Part shown: piece by piece, positions 49,210 to 59,453 of the stretch
Numbering within the stretch: the stretch's first letter is position 1
How the letters are laid out: every line of letters starts with the position of its first letter
The notes under the pieces: generated by a model
What the model saw: only the letters and a program-made list of their open reading frames with translations
What the model was told of the DNA's origin: nothing
Database searches by the model: none
Made by a program: the position numbers and the translations under genes
Source: an uncultured Mycoplasmatota bacterium
Lineage (GTDB): Bacteria > Bacillota_I > Bacilli_A > RF39 > UBA660
Assembly: GCA_948466395.1 (NCBI GenBank)
Contig: CAOKAG010000001.1
Span: 14,584-78,583, forward strand
Direction: 5' to 3'
Length of the DNA: 64,000 bases

Positions 49210-51117
49210 TTATTTCCTAAAATCATCTTCTAGTGTAAAGTCAACATTTTCATTAATCCATTCTTTTCTAGGTTCAACTTGATCGCCCATTAAAAGATGG
49301 ATTCTTTTTTCAGCAAGAGCGGCATCGGTTAGGTTCACTCTTAAAAGTCTTCTATTTTCTGGGTCCATCGTGGTTTCATAAAGTTCGTCGGCGTTCATTT
49401 CACCTAATCCTTTAAATCGTTGCAATTTGTATTTTCCTTTAATGTTTTTGGTTCTTTCTTCTAGTTCTTCATCTGTTGCAATGTATTCTTTTCCTTTGTT
49501 TCCTATTTCTATTGAATATAGTGGAGGGGTTGCAATATAGAGCATGCCTTGTTCAATTAAAGGACGCATGAAACGATAAAAGAAAGTTATAAGTAAAATT
49601 TGAATGTGAGAACCATCGACATCGGCATCGGTCATAATAATCACTTTTCCATAATTCGAATCTTCGGGATCAAAATCAGCACCAATTCCTGCTCCTATGG
49701 CGTATTCTATTTGCTTCAATTCCGCATTGGCTTCAATGTCATGCGTACTGGCCTTTTCACAATTTAAAACTTTTCCTCTTAAGGGCAAAATGGCTTGAGT
49801 TTCACGATTTCTAAAAGACTTTGCTGACCCTCCTGCACTGTCTCCTTCGACTAAAAAAAGTTCATTTTTAGCATAATCTTTTCCTGTTGCTTTGGCTAGT
49901 TTTTCACTTAAAAGTTTTTCTTTGCTATTCTTGCCACTTCCTTTTCTTGCGGCTTCACGAGCTTTTCTTGCGGCTTCTCTGGCCACTTTACTTTTTAAAG
50001 CTTTATCTAATATGGTTAAGGCTATTTCTTTGTTTTCTTCTAAAAAGAATTTAATGTTTTCATAAGTGATGGATTCTGTAATGCTTTTGGCTTCGGGTGT
50101 TCCCAGTTTACCTTTAGTTTGACCTTCAAATTGAAGTAATTTTTCAGGAATTTTTAAGCTAATTACAGCACTTAATCCTTCTCTTACGTCACTCCCTTCT
50201 AAGTTGCTTTCTTTTCCTTTAATTAAATTATTATTTTTAGCGTAGTCGTTGAATGCTTTTGTGATTCCAGTTTTAAACCCTACTTCATGAGAGCCACCGT
50301 CTCCTGTTTTGACGTTGTTGACAAAACTTAAAATATTTTCATTATAGGATTCACTGTATTGAAGAGCAATGTTTACTTCTATTTCATTTTTCAATCCACT
50401 AAATGCTATGACTTTATGTAAAACTTTTTTATTTTCATTGATGTATTCTACAAAACTGCATAGTCCATTTTCATAATGAAATTTAGCCTCTTTGTTATCC
50501 GCTTCGTCTTTGATTTCCACTGTTAAATTGGGAAGTAAAAAGGCACTTTCTTGCATTCGTTCTACTATGGTTGTATAAGAAAATGAACAGTTTTTAAACA
50601 TGTCATAATTAGGTAAAAAAGTAACGGTTGTTCCCGTTTTTTTTGATTCTCCAATGGTTTTTAATGGACTCTCTACTAATCCTCCATCTTTAAAACGAAT
50701 ATTACTTATTTTTCCTTCATTGTAGATGGTCACATCCATTTTTTTTGATAAAGCGTTTACTACACTTGCGCCAACGCCATGAAGACCACCACTTACTTTA
50801 TAGCCCTCACTTTCAAATTTTCCTCCAGCATGAAGAACGGTATAGATCACTTCAGGAGTCGAGCGACCACTTGCGTGCATACCAATGGGAACCCCACGTC
50901 CATTATCACTAATCGTAATGCTTTCATCTTTATTAATGCTTATTTTTATCGTATCCCCATAACCATTTATTATTTCATCAATGGCATTATCAACAATTTC
51001 CCAAACTAGATGATGCAGTCCTCTTTTGTCTGTCGATCCTATATACATTCCTGGTCTTTTTCGTACTGCTTCTAGTCCTTCTAATATTTTAATAGAGGAA
51101 GCATCGTATTTTGTCAT
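49210..51117 (-). CDS. parE: Type IIA topoisomerase subunit B, most likely topoisomerase IV ParE
   Basis: GHKL ATPase, transducer, Toprim (EGDSAGG) and PLRGK motifs; paired with the GyrA-box-less A subunit. Confidence 0.8.
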   Translation of the reverse strand: MTKYDASSIKILEGLEAVRKRPGMYIGSTDKRGLHHLVWEIVDNAIDEIINGYGDTIKISINKDESITISDNGRGVPIGMHASGRSTPEVIYTVLHAGGKFESEGYKVSGGLHGVGASVVNALSKKMDVTIYNEGKISNIRFKDGGLVESPLKTIGESKKTGTTVTFLPNYDMFKNCSFSYTTIVERMQESAFLLPNLTVEIKDEADNKEAKFHYENGLCSFVEYINENKKVLHKVIAFSGLKNEIEVNIALQYSESYNENILSFVNNVKTGDGGSHEVGFKTGITKAFNDYAKNNNLIKGKESNLEGSDVREGLSAVISLKIPEKLLQFEGQTKGKLGTPEAKSITESITYENIKFFLEENKEIALTILDKALKSKVAREAARKAREAARKGSGKNSKEKLLSEKLAKATGKDYAKNELFLVEGDSAGGSAKSFRNRETQAILPLRGKVLNCEKASTHDIEANAELKQIEYAIGAGIGADFDPEDSNYGKVIIMTDADVDGSHIQILLITFFYRFMRPLIEQGMLYIATPPLYSIEIGNKGKEYIATDEELEERTKNIKGKYKLQRFKGLGEMNADELYETTMDPENRRLLRVNLTDAALAEKRIHLLMGDQVEPRKEWINENVDFTLEDDFRK

Positions 51118-51175
51118 GTTATCACCAAATCAAGTATAACATAAAAAAAAATAACAAGCAAAAAATGATGTAAAG

Positions 51176-51214
51176 TAGTTGTCTTAGGGTAAAAAAAATA
51201 ACAAGTTTCCTTTT
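51176..51214 (-). terminator. Bidirectional Rho-independent terminator
   Basis: AAAAAAAAT-AACAAGTT-tcctttttaa-AACTTGTT-TATTTTTT. Confidence 0.5.
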
Positions 51215-51224
51215 TAAAACTTGT

Positions 51225-51884
51225 TTATTTTTTACTAGAGGTACGAGCAATTGAGTAAACAGCTGCTTCAAAACTTTGTCCATTTATAGCTGTTGTGGCG
51301 GATGAATCAATCCAAAGTCGAAGACTAAACGTTGCGGATTCACCATCTCCTGCTTCTTTACTACTACTGGCTTTTAAAGTCCCATTTGCTAATTTATAAG
51401 CCGAATCAATCGCACTGGTTGCATCAAAATCTGTGACACTAAATAAGGCTTTATCGTTCTCTTTCGGTGCCGTATTTAATAAGGCGACATTATTATTTTC
51501 AACTGCACCATTTTGTACAATTGAATATTTAATTAAATTGTCCGCTATTTTAGTTTTACCATTTGTTAAATTCAAAGTATTTAAATAAATCGTATAATCT
51601 GCATCAATGGTACAAGTATTTTTCACAGTAAACACATAGGGGGTCGTTTTTAAACCTTTTTCATCGGTAATAGGATAAGTATTCGTTAAATTAATAGAAT
51701 TGCTTTCCTCTATAAATGAAACCTCAAAACATCCAGAATTGATAATATTGGCGACATCTTGTTCTTTTGTTACTTTCCAAAGAGCATAACTGCTTCCAAT
51801 CGATAAAGTAATTACCATCATAATTGCAATTATTGCAAGGGGAATACGATATCTTAATCTCATATTACTCATAAAAATCACCAT
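51225..51884 (-). CDS. Secreted TasA/camelysin-like (SipW-cognate signal) protein
   Basis: N-terminal signal ...SIGSSYALWKV and C-terminal FSLRLWIDSSAT...NGQSFEAAV resemble the TasA/CalY family. Confidence 0.4.
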   Translation of the reverse strand: MVIFMSNMRLRYRIPLAIIAIMMVITLSIGSSYALWKVTKEQDVANIINSGCFEVSFIEESNSINLTNTYPITDEKGLKTTPYVFTVKNTCTIDADYTIYLNTLNLTNGKTKIADNLIKYSIVQNGAVENNNVALLNTAPKENDKALFSVTDFDATSAIDSAYKLANGTLKASSSKEAGDGESATFSLRLWIDSSATTAINGQSFEAAVYSIARTSSKK

Positions 51885-51941
51885 ATTTTCTAATCTAGTT
51901 CTATTATAAGATAAAAATTCATTTTTGAAAAGTCCCTAATT

Positions 51942-52946
51942 TTACTTTTGCAATTCTTCTATTGCTTCTTTTAATGTTTCAACTTTAATAATCGTTAAAT
52001 TTAATTCTTTTTCTTCTTTAATTCTCAACGCTTCTTCGTAATTTTCTTTAGGACATAAAAAGATATCGGCTTTTGATTTTTCCGCTCCTAAGAGCTTGTA
52101 TTTAATGCCACCTATTTCTAAAATTTTCCCCTCTTTATCAATCGCCCCTGTACCTACAATCTTTCGCCCTTTTGTTAAATCTTCCTCTGTCAACGCATTG
52201 TAAATAGCCAGTGCTGTCATAAGTCCTCCGCTTGATCCCGATTCACTGGGTTTGGTTTTAATTTCTAATTTTGGGTCTGTGGTGTAATCGTATTTTTCAA
52301 CAATCGATATGCCAACTTTTAAACTGTTATCCAATTCAAAAATTTTAGCTGTACATTCTTTTTCTTTGTTTCCTCTTAAAACTTTAAACTGCACCGTTTC
52401 CTCTTTTTTTAAGGTATTAATATAAAGTTGTAATTCACTTAATGTTTTAAATTCATGATTGTTAATTGAAAGAATTTGATCTCCTAGTTCTAAATCAGTG
52501 ATGGCCTCTTTTGCAATGTAAGTAATAATTTGATGCACATTTGTAATTTTCACTTCTTTTCCAGCTTCTTTATAAGCATTAAAGGTGGCGTAATCTAATC
52601 CATTTTCTAAATAGATTCGGTCTCTTTTGATGGAATCATCAATGGATTCATTACTAGCTGTGATGGTACTCGTCTTTTCAAGATCCCAATTTGGGATAAA
52701 ATAAGAAAGCAACACAAAGGGAATGTTTCCTTTCATCATCGATACATAAGCCATATTAAAACTTCCACTGGCTTCGTTTTTTCCTTCTATTTCAATTCGT
52801 GTGTTTAAGTCAATGGTACCACCTGGCTTATAAACGACAAAGGGAAGCTCATAAAAGAAGAAAATAAAAATCACTAATAAGGATATTAAAAATTTATAAT
52901 TTTCTTTTATAAATTGACAGCCTTTTTCATATATTTTTTTAAACAT
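51942..52946 (-). CDS. YlbL/SepM-family PDZ plus Lon-C-like serine protease
   Basis: N-terminal TM, central PDZ, C-terminal Lon-like Ser-Lys dyad region (PSESGSSGGL ... K). Confidence 0.7.
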   Translation of the reverse strand: MFKKIYEKGCQFIKENYKFLISLLVIFIFFFYELPFVVYKPGGTIDLNTRIEIEGKNEASGSFNMAYVSMMKGNIPFVLLSYFIPNWDLEKTSTITASNESIDDSIKRDRIYLENGLDYATFNAYKEAGKEVKITNVHQIITYIAKEAITDLELGDQILSINNHEFKTLSELQLYINTLKKEETVQFKVLRGNKEKECTAKIFELDNSLKVGISIVEKYDYTTDPKLEIKTKPSESGSSGGLMTALAIYNALTEEDLTKGRKIVGTGAIDKEGKILEIGGIKYKLLGAEKSKADIFLCPKENYEEALRIKEEKELNLTIIKVETLKEAIEELQK

Positions 52947-52985
52947 AGAATCACCATAAACATTATAGCAAAGGATGAGAAAAAT

Positions 52986-53888
52986 ATGATAAAAATATTT
53001 AAAAAATATTTAAGTATTCCCTTTTTCATTTTATTTATTTATCTTCTCTTTAAAGAAAATGCTTTATTTAAAAATTGTCTTTTAAATGGATGCCTTCTTT
53101 TTTTTCAGCAGGTTTTTCCTTCTTTGTTCCCTATGTTTATTCTCCAAGATTTTTTATTAAATTATCACTTTTTTTCTTTTTTAGAACTGTTTTATCCTTT
53201 TTTTAAAAAGATTTTTAAATCGAAAGTTGCTTTTTCTATTTTCTTAGTTTCTACGATTTCTGGCACACCTGCCAATGCTTATTTAATGACCCGTTTGGTT
53301 CAAGAAAAAAAAATAAGTGCTCATGAAGCCAGTTATGTTTTATCTTATTCTTGTTTTTTGAATCCTTTGTTTTTATATAATTTGTTTGTTAATCTCTTTG
53401 ATCAGCGGGTTGCGTTTAAAATTATTCTTTTAAATTATTTAGTCAGTCTTTTTCTAGCTTTTTGTTTAAGAAAACATCAAAATGAAGACAAAACCTTTTC
53501 TTTAACGTTTTCTTCTCTTCCGTTATCTCAAGTTCTCTCTACAAGTATTATGAAGTCTTTTAAAGTTTTGGTTACTATTTTGGGTACTATTCTTTTCTAT
53601 CTTTTTATTTGTGAAGGGATTAACTATTTTGTTAAACACCCTGTATTAAACTGTTTGATTAATGGTTTTCTTGAAACAACGGGTGGTTTAACCAAACTTT
53701 CAGTTTTACAGGTTAGTTTTCATTTTAAACTCATTTTAGCTAGCTTTTTTGTCTCTTTTCTTGGTTTAAGTATTCATACTCAAATAAAAAACATCGTGAC
53801 CGATGCTTCTCTTTCTTTAAAACCCTTTCTATTTGTGCGAATCGTTCATTTTTTACTTTTCGCAAGTCTTCTCGTCATAACGACCTAA
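52986..53888 (+). CDS. Polytopic membrane protein, YlbJ-like (nucleoside-recognition/Gate-domain sporulation membrane protein?)
   Basis: Multi-TM; divergent from the YlbL-like gene as in the B. subtilis ylbJ-ylbL region. Confidence 0.45.
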   Translation: MIKIFKKYLSIPFFILFIYLLFKENALFKNCLLNGCLLFFQQVFPSLFPMFILQDFLLNYHFFSFLELFYPFFKKIFKSKVAFSIFLVSTISGTPANAYLMTRLVQEKKISAHEASYVLSYSCFLNPLFLYNLFVNLFDQRVAFKIILLNYLVSLFLAFCLRKHQNEDKTFSLTFSSLPLSQVLSTSIMKSFKVLVTILGTILFYLFICEGINYFVKHPVLNCLINGFLETTGGLTKLSVLQVSFHFKLILASFFVSFLGLSIHTQIKNIVTDASLSLKPFLFVRIVHFLLFASLLVITT

Positions 53889-54497
53889 TCCAGCATAAGA
53901 GGTTAATTTCGTATAATCTAGGTTTTTAAAGTTTTCTTTTTGCTGTGCTGTTAACTCTTTTTTTAAACCAATGTAGAATAATTCTAAGTCATCAATATTA
54001 TTAACTTTATTTTTATTTACAACAATGGGAATGTTTATTTTAATGTAAAAATATTCCCCTTGATCTAAATCGCTGTTAAATAAACTATTGGTGTATTTTA
54101 CACATGTGGTGTTAAAATGAGTGGTTTGACTCTGTTTTTCCAAATTCCATTTTTCACTTCCAGAACCATTCTCATAAATCAGGTACTGATTTTCCCCTTC
54201 ATTGACGATTTTTAAAAAAGTGTTACCGTCTTGAAATTGAAAGGTAATGTTTACGATGGTTTCTGAAGAAAGTTCATTAGCGTGACGATTTAAAATACCT
54301 ACTAATTTTCGATTGGTTAAGTCTTCTTGTATGGTTTTAATTATAATGGCTCTTTTTTGTTGATTCTTGCGATTAAAATCGGTATTGTTGTTGCTGGCTT
54401 TCACATCCGTTAGTAGATTAAATAAAAACATAACAACGATGGAAATGAGAGCGATGCTAATAATCAATTCAACTAATGTAAATCCTTTATTTTCCAT
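53853..54497 (-). CDS. Pseudopilin (prepilin-type N-terminus)
   Basis: MENKGFTLVELIISIALISIVVMF class-III signal. Confidence 0.6.
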   Translation of the reverse strand: MENKGFTLVELIISIALISIVVMFLFNLLTDVKASNNNTDFNRKNQQKRAIIIKTIQEDLTNRKLVGILNRHANELSSETIVNITFQFQDGNTFLKIVNEGENQYLIYENGSGSEKWNLEKQSQTTHFNTTCVKYTNSLFNSDLDQGEYFYIKINIPIVVNKNKVNNIDDLELFYIGLKKELTAQQKENFKNLDYTKLTSYAGLGRYDEKTCEK

Positions 54498-55110
54498 CTA
54501 TATCACCTATACTAACCGTAGAATAAAACGTATGACACTCTTCTTCAGAATCGCATTTTGTTCCATCTTTTTTTTCTTTGTATTCTGCTATGATTCGATA
54601 CCCACTTTGACTTGATTCCGCTGATGTTTTAGATGCGCCACCTATCGTTTTAAGGTATTCAGCCATTCCCTCATCTAAAGTAGCAAAAATAGCACACTCG
54701 CCTTCCCAATCCTTACAATTTTGCAAATAACCTAAATCTTTATAAGTTAAATAAAGATTTTCAACGTGTAAATTGTTAATTAGAGATTCACAGGTTCCTA
54801 AATTATGATTCGTTCCTGGAGGGAAAATTTCTCCTGAACATCCTATTTTGGAGTAACCACGTTTTATCTCTTTTCCATTAAGCGTTATGGACTCTTCTAT
54901 GTAATTTCTAATTGTGTATAAGTCGAAGTTTTTTAAAAATTTTTCTAAATAATAAGTACGATATAAGTAAGCGGAATCGTTGTACGTTATACGACCTTTT
55001 TCTTTAATAATTAGAGCACTATAAGTAGAATAGGACACCAATAAAGATATCGTTAATATGGCTGTTACAACTAATGTTTCGATAAAAACAAATCCTTTTT
55101 TCTTTTTCAT
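54487..55110 (-). CDS. Pseudopilin (prepilin-type N-terminus)
   Basis: MKKKKGFVFIETLVVTAILTISLLV class-III-like signal. Confidence 0.55.
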   Translation of the reverse strand: MKKKKGFVFIETLVVTAILTISLLVSYSTYSALIIKEKGRITYNDSAYLYRTYYLEKFLKNFDLYTIRNYIEESITLNGKEIKRGYSKIGCSGEIFPPGTNHNLGTCESLINNLHVENLYLTYKDLGYLQNCKDWEGECAIFATLDEGMAEYLKTIGGASKTSAESSQSGYRIIAEYKEKKDGTKCDSEEECHTFYSTVSIGDIDGK

Positions 55111-55209
55111 GGAACACCCTTCTTTATTATCTTAATTATAATAAACTATTGATTATTTGTAAAGAACACAAAACTAAAAAAGACATATAATTTAATAGGT
55201 GATGAATCG

Positions 55210-55425
55210 ATGTATCCACATGGTCCTTGCCCTCCTCCACCACCACATAAAAATCCTCGTGGAGGAGGACTGTTTACGGTTTTAGCAATTTTTGCTCTTT
55301 GTATTCTTTTATTTTATCAAATTATTATTACACTTATTTTACCCCTTCGTTTTAATATTTTTATTTTATTGCTAGAACTTTTAATTTTAATCTTTTTACT
55401 TTATCGCGTAGTATGGCCGTACTAA
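55210..55425 (+). CDS. Small Pro-rich membrane protein (71 aa)
   Basis: AGGTGA RBS 7 nt before the ATG; PPPPPHKNPRGGG followed by two TM helices. Confidence 0.35.
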   Translation: MYPHGPCPPPPPHKNPRGGGLFTVLAIFALCILLFYQIIITLILPLRFNIFILLLELLILIFLLYRVVWPY

Positions 55426-56283
55426 TTCTTCTGTAATAAATAGGTAATCTAAATCTTTTCGGGCTTGTTCACAATTTCTAAATTCCGTTTCTTTTAATTC
55501 GGTTTTTTTAGGTAAAGAAATTAAGAGAAAAAAAAGTTTTTTTTCATCTTCAGAAAGATGCACTTTTTCTAAATATTTATCAAACAAGACACCAAAATGA
55601 ACGTTAAAATATTCGTTTTGATAAAGCGTGACTAAATCAATAATTGGGGTGTCTATGCGTGATTTTTCCCAACTAATTAAATATTCTTTTTCATTTTTTA
55701 TAAAATGTTCTAAATTGAGGTTGTTATGAATTAAACAAACTCTTTTTTTTGAATCTTCTTTGACCATACTGTACCAAGCATCGAGTTCACTCGAACAAAA
55801 TTCTAAGGCAGCAAAGATTTTAGATATGTTTCGCATAAGTAAATAATTTGATGGTGTCATGTATTCTTCTTTTTTGGTTTTCTCATAAAATTCCTCATAA
55901 TAATTTCTTAAATAATCAATGTTGCTTTTAATTTTATCAAAAATGATTTTAAATTCATCTTCTGTTACACTTTTGTAATACGTGGTGCTGTTGTGTAAAT
56001 TACTTAAAACGTTTATTAAATCATACGCTTTTTGTTCTTTTGGCATACTCACAGATGGAATGTATTCAAAAACATTGTATTCGCTTCGAGCTTCGTCTTT
56101 TAAATTTGGGAAATGAGAAAAGCTTCTGCTTTCCAAATATTGATAAAGTTCTTTTATGTCTTTTTCTTCTTTTCTCTTAACAACGAAATCGCCACTTGTG
56201 GTGTTTAAGATTAAAACCTTTTTTAAAAAGGTTATTTTATAAGGTTTATAGATTTTTTTTAAAACGTCTAATGTATTATTCAT
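55396..56283 (-). CDS. CotS/YutH-like kinase-fold protein (phosphotransferase family)?
   Basis: LIHNNLNLEHF resembles the H.D....N catalytic loop of CotS/APH-like kinases; weak. Confidence 0.3.
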   Translation of the reverse strand: MNNTLDVLKKIYKPYKITFLKKVLILNTTSGDFVVKRKEEKDIKELYQYLESRSFSHFPNLKDEARSEYNVFEYIPSVSMPKEQKAYDLINVLSNLHNSTTYYKSVTEDEFKIIFDKIKSNIDYLRNYYEEFYEKTKKEEYMTPSNYLLMRNISKIFAALEFCSSELDAWYSMVKEDSKKRVCLIHNNLNLEHFIKNEKEYLISWEKSRIDTPIIDLVTLYQNEYFNVHFGVLFDKYLEKVHLSEDEKKLFFLLISLPKKTELKETEFRNCEQARKDLDYLFITEELVRPYYAIK

Positions 56284-56962
56284 CTTTGCTTGGAATAATA
56301 ATCTTATCTCCGATGTTTAAACTATCCATTTGATTGTATTCTTTTAAGGTATCGACATCGGTTTCATAAGCCATTACAATGCTTTCTAACGTATCCGATT
56401 CACTCACAATGTGAATGTGGTAAGTCATGTACTCATCTTCTTTTTCGATGGCGGAGTCTAAAACCACTTCAGCTTGCTCTTCCTCTAATCTTTCTTCTAC
56501 TGCCTCGTATTTTTCAGATTCGATGTTTTCTTCTATGGGTTCTATTTTTTCTTCTTCATGAAATAAGTCGTCAATGTCTTCGATGACTTCTCTTTGCATT
56601 TCAGTGCTTTCTTCTTCTCTTTCTTCTAATTTTATAGGGTCAATGGTTGTGGCACTGACTTGAAATTCAATGTCTACTTTTAAAGTGTCTTCATTCGTAA
56701 TTTGATAGTTAAAGTCTGTAATTTCAAATTGAATGGAATTTTTGTCAATGGTGTCTGTCACTTCTAAATGAAAAGGCAACTTATAGTTGAATTCTTCTTT
56801 GTTTACACTGACTTCATGACTTTTATACTCTCCAGAAATAATAAAATTACCTGTGATTTCTTTTTCATTTGCGTTTATTTCATGTTCTAAAGAGATGCTA
56901 CAAATTTCAAATATTTTACTTTTAAATTGTATTTCTTTGGTGTAAGGTACGATGCTTTGCAT
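56276..56962 (-). CDS. SpoVID-like protein with an N-terminal SpoVID-type domain and a C-terminal LysM
   Basis: EICSISLEHEINANEKEITGNFIISGEYKSHE parallels SpoVID ELLSISLDPDI...GSLELTGEY; C-terminal LysM (YHIHIVSESDTLESIVMAY...LNIGDKIIIP); start set after an AGAGAGGA RBS. Confidence 0.5.
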   Translation of the reverse strand: MQSIVPYTKEIQFKSKIFEICSISLEHEINANEKEITGNFIISGEYKSHEVSVNKEEFNYKLPFHLEVTDTIDKNSIQFEITDFNYQITNEDTLKVDIEFQVSATTIDPIKLEEREEESTEMQREVIEDIDDLFHEEEKIEPIEENIESEKYEAVEERLEEEQAEVVLDSAIEKEDEYMTYHIHIVSESDTLESIVMAYETDVDTLKEYNQMDSLNIGDKIIIPSKDE

Positions 56963-57020
56963 AAAATCAATCCTCTCTTTCTTAATAAAAAATATGAAAG
57001 AAGTTTCTCTTTTATGACTT

Positions 57021-59321
57021 TTAATTTTTAAATAAGTGCTGATAAATTTCTTTATAATCTTCCACTTCAATGATTTCTAGTGCGTTTTTTATTTCACTTG
57101 GTATTGTTGTTAAATCATTATGATTTTCTAGGGGAATAAAAACTTTTTCAACGTTTTCATTTAGAGCACTGACCAATTTTTCTTTTAGTCCTCCGATTTT
57201 TTTTACCTCTCCTTGTAAAGTGATTTCTCCTGTCATAGCGTATTTTGGACTAATGGCTTTATTTTTTATCAGACTTATCATGGCTGTTGTAATTGCTACT
57301 CCTGCACTTGGCCCCTCTTTTTTTATTGAAGCTTCTAAAAAATGTAAATGAAGGTCTTTTTTCTTAAAAAAAGTATGCGAAATGCCGTATTCATCTTTGT
57401 TGGCCATCAAATAACTTAAAGCGACTTTTATACTTTCTGTCATCATTTGTTCAACCATGCCTGTTATTTTTAAAGCGCCATTCCCTTCATAGAAAACAGC
57501 TTCAATGGGTAAGACTCTTCCTCCAAAATTAGTCACAGCTAAAGCGTTTACCTTTCCTGATACGTTTGATTTTCCCAAAGATTCACTTATGTATTTTTCT
57601 TCTCCTAATAAGGCTATGATTTTTTCATTTGTTAATTTAACATTTTCTAGTTCTCCTAGTACAATTAGTTTTCGAATAATACTAGTTAAAACTCTTTCTA
57701 ATTCTCTAACGCCTGCTTCTTTGGTGTATCCTATAATTATTTTTTTTAATAGGGCATCACTAAATTTTATATTTTTACTTTCAATTAAATGATTTTGATA
57801 AATTTCAGGTAATAAATATCTTTTCGCTATTTCAATTTTTTCTAAAACAGTATAACTATTCAAGTAAACGATTTCTAAACGATCATAAAGCTCTACAGGA
57901 ATATTTTCAACATGATTCGCGGTTAAGATAAATAAAATCTTACTTAAATCAAATTCTTCTTCGATATAATGATCTATAAAACACTTATTTTGATTTTTAT
58001 CCAAAATATCTAATAAAACACTTGCGGGATCTCCTTTATAATCTTTTACCATTTTATCCACTTCGTCAATTAAAATTAAAGGGTTGTTGGTTCCACATCT
58101 TTTTAAGGCTTCCATGATTTTTCCGGGATTCGCTCCTAAATAGGTTCTTCTGTGTCCATTTAAAACTGAACTATCGTTTAAGCCTCCTACACTTATTTTA
58201 TAAAATTTTTTATTTAAACTTAAGGCCATAGATTTAGCGAGTGACGTTTTCCCAACGCCAGCAGGACCCACAAAACAAATAATGGGGGCAATGATTTCTG
58301 GGTTGCGATTTTTAGCTGCAATGTATTCTATAATTTTATTTTTGGCGTTTTTCATGCCATAATGACTTTTATCTAATGCTTTAATAATGTTTTTTAAATG
58401 TTTTTCATCGGGACTGGTTGTCTCCCATGGCAAGCTAAACATCCAGTCTAAATAATTTCTTATATTAGAGAGTTCGGGACTCATTTCATTTGTGTATTCA
58501 AATTTTTTTATTTCATTTTTAAGTTTATTTTTTACTTGATTTTTAAACTTTCCCGCTTCTAATTGCTGATTATAGTTTTTTACTTCTCTTTCTTTTTCGT
58601 TTTGACTGCCTAGTTCTTCTTGAATCACTCTTAATTTTTCTTTTAAAATAAATTCTTTTTGATTTTCTTCTAATCCTGTTTGAATTTTTTCTTCTAATTG
58701 AGCTTCAAGGTCTTGAATTTCGATTTCAATTTTTAATTCTTCAATTAATTTTTGACCACGTAAAACGGGATTCATTTGTTCAATGTATTCTAATTTTTTT
58801 AGAAACGGAATGGGTAAAAATGCGGCGATGACATCGGTTAGTTTGTTTAAGTCCTCTACATCTTTAATGACATTTAAGATACTGTTTGAAATGGAACTAT
58901 CGTTTTTTACATAAGAAAAAAGCATCTCTTTTAATTTTTTTTTCGTTGCTAATGCTTCGATTTCATTGTATTCTGGTATTTCTAACTTTTTATAGTTACA
59001 TATTAAAGCTTCATTTTTTGTATTTTTTAAATTTTTAATGGTCGCTCGAAAAAGCCCTCTTAAAGTCACTCTCAAATTGCCACTGGGTAATTCAATTTTA
59101 CTTTTGACTTTACATACCACTGCTACATTTGGTAAGTCACTGACGTCAGGCATTTCTTCCATTTGATCTTTAGGACTAATGACTAAAAGCTCACTATGAT
59201 AATTTTCAGTAGAAAAAAGAACAACATTTTTGCTTAAATCATTATTTAGTTCAAGTTTTACTTCTTGATTTGGGAGAATCAATAAACTTTTTAGTAATAA
59301 AATTGGTAAGCTATTTTTCAT
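57021..59321 (-). CDS. lon: ATP-dependent Lon protease (LonA)
   Basis: Lon N-domain, AAA+ Walker A GPAGVGKTS, protease domain with the KEGPSAG Ser site. Confidence 0.95.
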   Translation of the reverse strand: MKNSLPILLLKSLLILPNQEVKLELNNDLSKNVVLFSTENYHSELLVISPKDQMEEMPDVSDLPNVAVVCKVKSKIELPSGNLRVTLRGLFRATIKNLKNTKNEALICNYKKLEIPEYNEIEALATKKKLKEMLFSYVKNDSSISNSILNVIKDVEDLNKLTDVIAAFLPIPFLKKLEYIEQMNPVLRGQKLIEELKIEIEIQDLEAQLEEKIQTGLEENQKEFILKEKLRVIQEELGSQNEKEREVKNYNQQLEAGKFKNQVKNKLKNEIKKFEYTNEMSPELSNIRNYLDWMFSLPWETTSPDEKHLKNIIKALDKSHYGMKNAKNKIIEYIAAKNRNPEIIAPIICFVGPAGVGKTSLAKSMALSLNKKFYKISVGGLNDSSVLNGHRRTYLGANPGKIMEALKRCGTNNPLILIDEVDKMVKDYKGDPASVLLDILDKNQNKCFIDHYIEEEFDLSKILFILTANHVENIPVELYDRLEIVYLNSYTVLEKIEIAKRYLLPEIYQNHLIESKNIKFSDALLKKIIIGYTKEAGVRELERVLTSIIRKLIVLGELENVKLTNEKIIALLGEEKYISESLGKSNVSGKVNALAVTNFGGRVLPIEAVFYEGNGALKITGMVEQMMTESIKVALSYLMANKDEYGISHTFFKKKDLHLHFLEASIKKEGPSAGVAITTAMISLIKNKAISPKYAMTGEITLQGEVKKIGGLKEKLVSALNENVEKVFIPLENHNDLTTIPSEIKNALEIIEVEDYKEIYQHLFKN

Positions 59322-59340
59322 GATTTTTCTCCCTTCAAGT

Positions 59341-59370
59341 TATGGGAATTATTATAATGATTTTTTATTT
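59341..59370 (-). promoter_or_regulatory. Sigma-A-type promoter for lon (-35 TTTACT, 17 bp, -10 TATAAT) followed by a GAAGGGAG RBS
   Basis: Read on the minus strand upstream of the lon ATG. Confidence 0.5.
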
Positions 59371-59429
59371 TAAAGTAAACCATATTTACGTTTTTTTACA
59401 ACCAATTTTTACTATTTTTTTAAATAAAA

Positions 59430-59453
59430 AAAAGCAATTTTGTTTGATTGCTT
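59430..59453 (-). terminator. Rho-independent terminator after the 126-aa gene
   Basis: AAGCAAT-caaacaaa-ATTGCTT followed by TTTTTTTTATTT on the minus strand. Confidence 0.5.

Noticed and set aside
46621-51117. gyrB-gyrA assignment for the topoisomerase pair
   Set aside because: No GyrA-box and no origin-region context; ParE/ParC is the better call, as noted in the findings.
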